NCBI GenBank assembly: GCA_051294375.1
Contig: CM119270.1
Span: forward strand, 17,544,893-17,608,892
Source of the DNA: Paraspadella gotoi
Lineage: Eukaryota; Animalia; Chaetognatha
Direction: 5' to 3'
Length of the DNA: 64,000 bases
Shown here one piece after another: positions 26,858 to 36,986 of this stretch (position 1 is its first letter; each line of letters begins with the position of its first letter). The notes beneath the pieces are model-generated. The model was not told where the DNA came from. It searched no databases and saw only the letters and a program-made list of their open reading frames with translations. The translations under genes and the position numbers were made by a program.

Positions 26858-29800
26858 ATGGATACGATAATTTGGCGCTCGTTCAGTACGAAACACATTT
26901 TCCATTGCGTCGGCTTGGTGGCTTTCATCGTTTTCTTCGAAGTTTGCAACGACTTAAAAATCGAGACGAGCGAACAAGGTGAAAAAAGATTAACGACATC
27001 AGCTGATGTAACGATCGATCAATCAATCTCTCTTTTCTCCTCCAGACCTCGTCGAGGTCAACCCTTCCCTTTACTTCCTCCTTCTCCTACTCAAATCCGT
27101 CTCATTTCTCTGCATCCCCATCATGACGGCGCACTTCCTCGGACTCGTCCTCTGGGAAGCCTTCCCCGGCGAAATCAGGCGACGAGCCTCTCCGCTCATG
27201 GCGCCCTTTCTCTGTTTCAGGTAATGACTGGGTGCCCTTGGTTTTTTTTAGTCGGATCTTATCGCAGATTCTGACTCCGTCCGTCCGTCCGTCCGTCCGT
27301 CCGTCCGTCCGTCCGTCCGTCCGTCCGTCCGTCCGTCCGTCCGTCCGTCCGTCCGTCCGTCCGTCCGTCCGTCCGTCCGTCCGTCCGTCCGTCCGTCCGT
27401 CCGTCCGTCCGTCCGTCCGTCCGTCCGTCCGTCCGTCCGTCCGTCCGTCCGTCCGTCCGTCCGTCCGTCCGTCCGTCCGTCCGTCCGTCCGTCCGTCCGT
27501 CCGTCCGTCCGTCCGTCCGTCCGTCCGTCCGTCCGTCCGTCCGTCCGTCCGTCCCGTCCGTCCGTCCGTCCGTCGTTGTACTTCCGGCCCCGCTCTCGCG
27601 TCCCGTCCGTCCGTCCGTCCGTCCGTCCGTCCGTCCGTCCGTGCATTAGTTTAATAAATAAGCTATCTTGCCCCTGACTTCGGACATTACTCATGATTAT
27701 TCAGAATTGCATAGACGAATTGAGATAAAATTTTGTAAATGGGTAGAAAAGTGTGTGATTAAGCTTGCTTTAAAGTTTCGATGGAATCATCGCAGATGGA
27801 ATTGGAACCAAAAATGGAATCGGATCCGCGACTCGGGTAAAATCTACCGAGGACTCTCTGATTGGATGAATCATTGTCGGAATCGAACCAATGAGAAGAC
27901 GGGCTTCATGCCATCGGGAAAACGAGCCCACGTCGCTGATCCGATTGTAGAGTATAAATAGCTGACCATTTTGTATTGAATCCATTCTGTCTCAAATTCT
28001 GGACACCGTCTTTGCTTGTGACTTTTCAAGAATAAAATCCACTTTGGTTTCATGTTGAAATCTCTGTCTACTTACTTAACTGTGGTGGCAGCGGTGGGAT
28101 TCGAACCCACGCCTCCCAAGAAATCTCTGTCTACTTACTTAAATGGAATATAGCGAGTACAAATGAGTTTTAATGAAAAAAACAAAAGTCACATTTACTT
28201 GAATTTTATTTCTCTCTCTCTCTCTCTCTTTCTCACAGATAAAATCATTAATTAATTAATTATTAAATGACTGATTGATTGACATTTTTACAATTTATGA
28301 CATTGTGTAATTTTCCCTCTTTTCGTTGTTATATTTGATTAGCGGATTCGAAAACGAAAGTTTTTATTACTTTTTACAACGATGTTAATAAGTCGTTGTA
28401 AAAAGTAACAAAAAGTTTCGTTTTCGGATCCGTTAAATAATTATGGAAAAATTATACAAGTTTAAAATAGTTGATCAAATTATGTCAGTTGACCAGTTAT
28501 GCAGGTTACCAAAATTATGCAAGTTGACGAAATTATGCCAATTGATAAAATTATACCAGTTGAAAAAATTATGCCAGTTGAAAAAATTATGCCAATTGAC
28601 CAAATTATTACAGTTGACCAAATTATGCAAGGTGGTATTGGCGTAGCAATTGGTTCATTGATAGATTAATTTATTTATAGGTTTTTCTTAGATTTATTAA
28701 GAAGTCTGTTATAATTTGTCAAGTTATGATTTTTTATAATCTGTTAAGATCAAAAAGTCAGAAAGAAGGGCAAGGCTTTGTTTATTCCGGGTAAGGGCCG
28801 GAAAAGGCAATGAGACTTTCCTTTGTTTTTGTTTTGGTTTAGTCGTGGTTTCTATTATTTCTTGCTTTTGTGACGTTTTTGTTAAATCCTTACGTTTGTG
28901 ATAAGAAAGAATGGCTTTTTTTTCTAATCACGTTAGGCAGCTCACACATTTTTACATTAATTAATTTCAGGATCGTCACGCGGGGCGACTTCCCCGATTT
29001 GGTGAAGAACAACGTGAGACGAAACATAGAAATCATTTCCGCATCAGGTGAGAAAGAGAGAGAGAGAGAGAGTATGATTCACATTTTTACTTTTCACTTT
29101 CTTTTTTAGTTTTTTTTTTTTAACAAGTAAGAAGCGCGACAATTATAATTGTATCAATAACATTGACAAATAAATGTTGCAATTGTATCATTGGTCTAGT
29201 CCCCTGTGAATTTCTTTAGGCGAGAAAAACCCAATTGATCTTTCTCCTCAAGGTATAGTGATTCTCAATCCTAAACCAACATTGAGAAAAGAAATATATG
29301 TATATCATCGTTGCATTTATGAATCGGAAATATAAATATTGATAAATGAAAATTAATCGCAGACCTTGGGATTTTTTTCAAGTCGTTTCTTTGATCAAGG
29401 GTAAATATATTCGGAATCCTGAGATATTAGTCTCCTACTAGGGTATCTGTTCCTTTTTTTTTTTTGCTGTTCAGAGATTCTTCGAAACATTAATTTTTCT
29501 TTTATTTTTTTCGATAAGTCTTTCTTTCATTTAATCGAGTTCATTTGTTTGAAATTAAATTAATTATTTCATTGAAAACTTTTATTTAGATTGTTCCATG
29601 TCAATGTACCCACTTCCCAATTCAAAACGTTTTTCCCAAAACAGGAAAAATAAAACGGTTGAGGCGATTTACCACCGATCTCTCTCACTTAACCCTTCCT
29701 CTCTCCTCTTTCTCCCAGCCGATGTATCCACACGGTCACTTTGACCTAGCTTAGATTGACCGGACACAGTAATAGGGCCGAGGCGACCGTAAGGTCAAGT

Positions 29801-32800
29801 TGGTCCGGGCGATGATAAAAGTGGATCAGGAGAGAGCTCGTCTCACTTCTTTTCTACTTCTCTTACATCGTCACAATTCTTCACCTTTTTCCCTACCTTT
29901 ATTTTCTCATATTTTCGTCTTCTACTTTGGTGACTCGGAGAAAGAGGAGAGAGGAAGGGTTTAGAGAGAGAGACCAGTGGTAAGTCGCCTCACGGTTTTC
30001 ACTCCTAACCTTTCTTTCATTGTCCCCTACCGGCCCCTCATGCACCCTTCACGTGTTTAGTGAGGTTTAGGGACCGATATATACATCAATGTTAAACAAA
30101 CCTGTTATCCTGTTTACTCTGCACTCCATTTTGAACCCAGACTATTCAAATCGCCTCACAGTAATACGAGTCCGTATAAACAGAAAAAAAAATTACAGAT
30201 TGAAAAACAAATTTGTGTAAGAAACTTATTATGGGGTACATATATATATAGTCATATATGTAGTCGGGCATTGCCTAGGTTCACCCCGCCTATAAGCATG
30301 ACACCTTCCGTCTTGACCCGGTGGCTCATTGAGTAAAGCCATCAGCTCATGACCACTAGGTACCGGGTTCAATCCCAACCCGGTACCTACCCTGTGGGAA
30401 GCGTGAGGACGGCCGTAAGCCGCCTTGGGGGCGTGGCAACCCCTCAAGCCTGGTTCCAAGCCCAGGACCCGTTCCATGGCTACTAAAGGGGGTTATAGAA
30501 GTTACGGATAGTCATCTTCAGCCCACTTAGCGCCTTATCCACATATATATATTCTTTAAAGTTAATATAAAAAACTTTTAAAATATTGCCTATGCATTAA
30601 GGCGTAGTGAAAGTTGCAGATCAAAATTTAAATAGTTGATCATGAACAGTCTTGTACTAAAGAACGTTATTATAAAAAAAAAATAATAATTTCTCTATTT
30701 TTACAGTAGCCTATATTTATACATAGTACTTGCCATAGAAAATTACAAAATTTAAATCGTTTTTTCAGAGTTTTGAAAGCAGATTCGAATTTCTCATAAA
30801 AAGTTAATCAAAAATATATGTCTTTTTTTAAAAATTAGCTTGATCAAACAACGATTTTTATTAATATGAGTCCGTCTCATATTAATAAAAATCGTTGTTT
30901 GATCAATCTAAAAACGTTTTCTATCATCCAAACACAACGAAACGAAAGGAAATAACGATGATTAAAATTAGCTAAAAATTACTAAAATTATATTTTTATA
31001 CCAAAATATAATTATAGGTTAAATATATTAGTTATTTAGGATTTCGACATACTTATGGAAATAATTTTTTTTTAAATATTTATAATTATTTCTTTTTATC
31101 AACTTTTCTTAAGAAATTTGAATCTGCTTTTAAACTGAGGAAAAACCATTTTAAAATTTTGACATTTTTTACGGTGAGTACTTTGAATAAATACGAGCTA
31201 TTGCAAAAATTTAAAGATAAAATTTTTTTTTTTTAATTAAAAATGTTCACAGGTACCAAACCTGTTCATGATCCACTCTTCGAATTTTGATTTTACTTGA
31301 TTTTAAAATTTTTCATTCGATTTAAGGTGCATTCAGAAATATTTAGCTGCCTTTAAAGTTTTAATACGATTTATTAAAAAAAATTAAAAAAATTAAAAAA
31401 TTGAACGCTTGTAGACTTGCGTTCAATGAGACAAAAATAAATAATACGATTTATTAATTGACAAAGTATTAATTCAAATAAAATTGAGTATATGAAAGAC
31501 GAAAGAAATTCACGTCGCCGAACTTCCGATGATAAATAAATCCCGATCCGTTCTAACCCACAGGCCTTACCAATTACATGGTGGAGGTAGTTACGGACAA
31601 ACCCTTGAACTTACCCTCCCGTCCACGATTCCGGGAACTCGTCGTCCCCAAAGATTACGCGACGAAAACGGGGGCAAAGTTCAAGGCGCGCGCCTTGCAG
31701 GTCGGTTGGTCGGGTGACTGACATGGGTCAGTACCGGCTTGAGGACAAATATTCACATCACCCCTCCCCCGGTTTATCAGAAATAGTCAATAGTTTCTTG
31801 AATACAAAGATAATTAGTCAATACTTCTTTAATGACAATATTCTACTTTAATTTGTCAGTACTTCCCTAATGACAACCTTCCTCTTTAATTTATCAGAAC
31901 TTCCCTAATGACACCGCTCTCTTTAATTTGTCATTATTCCCCTCATAGCAACCCCCCTTTTGATTTGTCATCATTTTCCTAACGACCACGCCCCCTTTGT
32001 CATTTGTCAGTATTGCCTAGAGAAAGAGGTGAACCTTCTCGGCGACGAAGACTGGATCGTTCATCTCGACGAAGAGACTTTGTTGACGGAGAATTCCGTG
32101 GCGGGAATTCTCAATTTCGCCTCCGAGAACAAACACGACATCGGTCAGGGGCTCATCACGTCAGTAGAAGTCGTTGCGTGTTGCTGGTGGTAGAGTTGTT
32201 TTGTTATTTTTTGTTAGCTCTTTTTGCCAAAAGCGTTCAATTTCAATTAGTTCATCCCCGAACATAATTTTAATAATTTAATATTCAACCTTAAGGTTAG
32301 GGCAGTGGCGATGGGTGAGAGTAGATCGTAATTCTACCCTAATCCTCCCATAAATAAACCCATGACCCACATCCTTCTTAATCTCTAATCCTGATCCTTT
32401 GAATAAAACGGGATAAAAATTCATTCCGTCGTGAGAACGACAGTTTAACCGAATCTCATTTTTTTCACAATTGCTCTACTTTGAGAGCGTCATAAATTAC
32501 AAATCATTTCTTATGCAAATTTACTCAACTTGTATTAATAGGCCTGATAAATTAAGTTTATCAATCATATACCGTTGTTCGGGTAATTATTAATGAATCT
32601 AATAAAGAAACGAGTTTTGCCAGCGTTAAAAATTAAAAATCGAAAAAAGAAAATGTGAGGTAAAGCTTTTAGTACAATTCCGGGAGAAAAAAAAAACTTA
32701 ATAGGTACCATAATAAACCCGGAATACCTGGATCGGTCGGACTAATAAATTACTAATGTATGCAAATGAGATAATGGCGACTTTTAACAAACAAACATTG

Positions 32801-32968
32801 CTTTTAAATTCCTTTCCCCCCCCGGGATCTATTCGCGCAGTTACGCTTCTAACGAGATCGTGAATTGGGTCACGACTCTCGCCGACTCATTTCGCGTTTC
32901 TGCGGATATGGGCGCCGTGAGGTTCTCCTTCAAAACTTTTCAACGGCCCCTCTTTATCTTTTAAAGGT

Positions 32969-33050
<82 letters not shown>

Positions 33051-34933
33051 CCGAACAATTTTTTTAAAGAAAAAAACGATAAAACGACGATAAAAATCAA
33101 CAAAAAAAAAACAAAACCAACGGACGGACATAAAAAAGGAAAGAACGACAGAACGACAAACGAATTAATTAGTAACAACTAACAAAACAAATATAACGAA
33201 AGAAACGGACAAACGACGAACAAACGAATAAATTTTAAAACCATGGGGGGGGCGTCCGTTTCAGGTTCGTTCGTGGTGGCGCGCGTCGGCGCCGAACGGG
33301 ACGTCTCCTTCGACAACGGCGCCGCCGGTTCCATCGCCGAGGATTGTTATTTCGCCATGAAGGCAGCGAGCAAAGGGTGAGGATGGGTGAGGTCTAAGGC
33401 TTTCATCGTCGAAAGAAAGATCATGAAGGTAAGATTTATATTTATTAGACGAGCAAGGGAAGGCCGATTCTGGGTAAGGCAAGGTAAGGTCGTCGTCGTT
33501 GTTAAAAGCTCAGAGGAAAAGGTGAGGCTGTGTCAACGCATTCACTATCGCCACCCGCCCGACTGTTTTCCGCGCAACCACGGTGGCGTTCTCTTTTCCT
33601 GCCGAGCGACCTTGGGTTCGCGCCGCATTGGTGTCGATTATCGGAAGCGGAATGGGGACGTCGAACCCACCAGTAGCGAGGGACTACGGTTATATTCCGA
33701 AGTTGTGATTCTTGCAAAAAGGTCTTAAAGGTCATGTAACTTCTTATCGAGGTCTCGAACTTTAAGTCAAGGAGATTGAATCGAACGAGAGACGAAGTTA
33801 TCTAATCAACTTTCAAGTCAAGACTTTTAATGTCTTTTTTTTTTTCGTTCTCCTCTTTCTTCTTTTATCTCCCGAATTCTCAAGATTGCCAAAAGACCTC
33901 GGAAGATAACATGTAAAATAATTAAATGTTTAAAGGACATATGGACCCATTGCTACCGAGGCGAAGTTCTTTTCGACCTTTAACGTTACTCATTGCCACG
34001 GCTCTCACCTTTCCTCCTTTCCACTTCCTCCCACTCTACCCTCCACCCCGTCTATCCCCCCCCCTTCTCCCCTTCCCCCCCAAAAAAATCCATCTCCCCA
34101 AGCTACTCCTTCGGCTGGATCGAGGGAGAGATGCAGGAGAAGTCGCCCTTCAACTTCTGGGATTTCCTGCAGCAGCGGAAGCGATGGCTGCAGGGAATCT
34201 TCCTCGTCGTTCATTCCCGCGCCCTGCCGCTGCGGAGCCGCTTCTGGCTCGGGGTCGTCCTCTACTCGTGGGTGACGCTGCCAATCTCGCTCCTCAACGC
34301 TCTCGTCAGCTTTTGGAATCCGGTTTCGTTGGGAGAATGGGCCGAGTGGATCTTGACGGCGTTGTTTGCTGTCGGTGGGTGTCTACTTGTCTACTTGTCT
34401 GTCTGTCTGTCTTTCGTCTGTTATTTTGTCTTTTTTTTGTCTGTTGTGATTCTGTCTGAGTTTCCGTCTGTCAGCTGTCTGTCCGTCTGCCTGTCGTCTC
34501 TCTCTCTCTCTCTCTCCTCTCTCTTCTCTCCTCTCTTCTCTCCTCTCTCTCCTCTCTCTCTCTCTCACAAATCAACTCCATTCCGATCCCCATTTTCCTC
34601 AGGTCTCTACATGTACATTTTCGCGCCATAAAATCCTTTGTTTGTCGCGATCGGATTCTCAGGTTAATTATTCACAATTGCACAATATTTTAATGCACAT
34701 TTTTGTATTTTACAATTTGTAAATTCCCATTTTTTTTGTTAAAATTCTTCCAAATTTATTCAAAATTCCCCCCTCTCTTCAGATACGTGGGCTGCGTGGC
34801 GGGCGCGGTCCTGACGATGCCCCTCAACATCCTGGTGGAGACGGTCGCCGTCTTCGTCGGACTCCTTCAAGACAAAAACAATTTCTACGTCGTCGACAAA
34901 CAATTCACTCCCGTCCAAATGTCCATAGTTTGA
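26858..34933 (+). CDS. egh: Beta-1,4-mannosyltransferase egghead/BRE-3 (GT2 family, glycosphingolipid synthesis), 10 exons
   Basis: Approximate exons 26858-26978, 27046-27220, 28971-29047, 31564-31700, 32011-32159, 32841-32967, 33265-33377, 34103-34375, 34603-34662, 34783-34933. Spliced peptide includes SPLMAPFLCFRIVTRGDFPDLVKNNV, KFKARALQYCLE, WIVHLDEETLLTENSV, GSIAEDCYFAMKA, EKSPFNFWDFLQQRKRWLQG (QxxRW) and NNFYVVDK, all characteristic of Egh/BRE-3. Two single-base indels (~32960, ~34623) must be assumed. Confidence 0.93.
27243..27645 (+). mobile_element. HINE/Helentron-like element with expanded (CCGT)n tract
   Basis: TTTTTAGTCGGATCT...AGATTCTGACT hairpin followed directly by ~360 bp of (CCGT)n. 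Confidence 0.6.
28083..28119 (-). pseudogene. tRNA-Leu 3' fragment with CCA, flanked by 23-bp direct repeats
   Basis: Minus strand gggaggcgtgggttcgaatcccaccgctgccaCCA. gaaatctctgtctacttacttaa at 28057-28079 and 28120-28142. Confidence 0.85.
28339..28436. repeat. ~98-nt hairpin (arms ~44 nt)
   Basis: ttagcggattcgaaaacgaaagtttttattactttttacaacga / tcgttgtaaaaagtaacaaaaagtttcgttttcggatccgttaa. Confidence 0.85.
28468..28632 (+). repeat. 18-bp minisatellite (agttgaccaaattatgc[a/c])
   Basis: About 9 degenerate units. Confidence 0.85.
29653..29999. mobile_element. MITE-like element with ~65-bp terminal inverted repeats
   Basis: gaggcgatttaccac..aacccttcctctctcctctttctcc (29653-29718) is inverted at 29932-29999. 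Confidence 0.65.
30263..30540 (+). mobile_element. tRNA-headed (Pol III) SINE-like repeat, copy 1
   Basis: A-box-like tggctcattgag and B-box ggttcaatccc. Second copy at 52910-53157. Flanked by acatatatatat on both sides. Confidence 0.75.
30618..31292. mobile_element. MITE-like fold-back (~200-bp imperfect TIRs) with internal perfect 31-bp hairpin
   Basis: 30620-30815 is inverted at ~31090-31292. 30840-30870 / 30876-30906 are perfect arms with loop tccgt. Confidence 0.7.
31783..32012 (+). repeat. ~37-bp tandem repeat ending at the egh acceptor
   Basis: Unit ~cctaatgacaaccttcctctttaatttgtcagtactt, 6-7 copies; the last is the real acceptor at 32009-32010. Confidence 0.85.
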
Positions 34934-35415
34934 GAAAGAGAGATTTCTTCGATCCGTTCGTTAGTTAGCCGAATCGTTCGTTCCGTTCGTTCGTTCGATC
35001 GATTTATTTAAAAAATTAAAACTATGGAACTTCAGTTCCGTCCTATTCAAATTTAGTTAAATGTGGTTAAAGTACGAAAAAAATTGTCACGAGTCGGATT
35101 TCTCTCTTTCTCTCTCTGCATACCCGTTCAACATTTTGCACAGTCTCGTGCAAGCACACTCGCACACAAACCGCATACAGTTTCTTCTATTCTTTGAAAA
35201 ATTTCATTTCATCTTCGAGATTTTTTACCGATTCGTCAAACGTTGTTTTTTGAAAGAAAAACTGTAGTTTTGATTATTACCGTCTTCGTTGTACTTGAAA
35301 TAAATGTACGTCACGTAAAAAAAATGTTTCTTTATTTAATACAGATGGTTGGGAACTTATGATATAATATGGTTAGTTTATTTAGTCCGGCGAATATAGA
35401 TGTTTCTTTGTTACT

Positions 35416-35828
35416 CACTGTTCTTTTTATAGGAGGAAAAAGAAAATGGAAATATACCATCTCTGGAATGATGAAAACCTGAAAGGTTGATATCAGGGGA
35501 AAAGCTTAGGCTAAATCAAAAAAATTTTTCAAACTCAGTTTTTTTTTTAATTGCAGTTGAAGTTGGTAAGATAATTTTTGAGAAAATTTGATAACTTTTG
35601 TACTAATTTTGCAAAGTATAGACTCAATTCAAATATCTATATATCAAACGATATCAGTAAACTGAGAGCTTTAATATAAGACTAACTTCAACTGCTATTA
35701 AAAAAAACTGAGTTTGGAAAAATTTTTGATTTAGCCTAAGCTCTTATCTGACAGCGACCTCTCAGGTTTCCATCATTCCAGAAATGGTATATTTCGATTT
35801 TCTTTTTCCTCCTATAAAAAGAACCGTG
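35416..35828. mobile_element. MITE with ~150-bp terminal inverted repeats
   Basis: cactgttctttttataggaggaaaaagaaaat...gcagttgaagtt mirrored by aacttcaactgc...tttctttttcctcctataaaaagaaccgtg. TA follows the right end. Confidence 0.8.
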
Positions 35829-36627
35829 TACTGCTTCGAATTGAGTAATGAGGTGTATATCAAATGTAATAATTTAGCTCCTTCTCTGTCCTTAAAAGTT
35901 AAAAGGTACTTTAAGTTACAGTTTAATTGTTTATAATTGATCTTTAAAAATAAATGATATTTGTCAAGACTCTGACATGTAATGCATTTCGGATGTTTTA
36001 TAAGCGAGGGTTATGACAGATATATTTTTTGACAATGAATTGTGATTTGCGGTTTACTTAGTTCGATCGGAAGCAACAGAACTAAAAACTGAAAAAAAAG
36101 GTGAGATTTTACTTTTACAGATTTTTTCAAGTGAGTAACATAAAAAAAATCAATTCTGTCCTTTTCAGTTTCCAAAAAAGAAAAGAGATTTAATTGATAT
36201 TGGTCACTTTTGAGAAAAGTCGGTGTCCTACCTTCTCTTCTGTTTACAGAAGACCGGGTTTGAGCTAAATCATTCGAATTGTCTGTCAGACTTTTGAAAA
36301 AGATCCTCCAAGCGAAATGAAGGTTCTTGTTTTTGTTTGAAAAAAAAATATGAAGAGTCCCTCATGTACGATTTGGATCAAATTAAAATTGACGAAATGA
36401 ATGAAAAATCACAAACGTTCACCACCATTAATATCGATTCGTTTTAAATGTCACGAATCTAAAAAAAAAGGGAACAATTGCGGGCACGGGCCGACGTCAT
36501 AAACGATTACTATAATTATCTCTCTGCTCAACAGAGAAAAAGACAACGCTCTCGATCTCTCACTCTCTCTCACGATCAGTTCGTGATCGGAAGGGAGACA
36601 CCGATAATAATTGTTGCCTAAATTCAC

Positions 36628-36707
<80 letters not shown>

Positions 36708-36986
36708 TGAGCTTAAAGTCACGAATAACCGACTTCAGTTGATTTATTTTTTTTTGTATTTTTTACTGCTTTCTGTGAACTCAAATCACAGGATTCACTC
36801 AAGTAGCCCGCTGTCAAGTGGAATCGAATCTCGAGTTTAGTCGATAACATAATCAGCTGACGCGTCACGCCCACAAAAACAAAAAACAAAACAAAAAATC
36901 ACGAGAAAAAGAATCAGTGATTTTTCGTCATTTTTTAAAGAAAAAAAAAACTTGTGGTTTTATTTGCGTTAAAATTTAAAAAAGCT

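Noticed and set aside
27232-27694. PSVR / GRTD repeat ORFs
   Set aside because: Translations of the (CCGT)n microsatellite in an egh intron.
28083-28119. Functional tRNA gene
   Set aside because: Only the 3' ~37 nt are present; no D-arm or anticodon arm.
32958-32966. Stop-codon reassignment (in-frame TAA in egh)
   Set aside because: A one-base homopolymer error restores both the conserved KG and the splice phase; there are no other in-frame stops at conserved positions.
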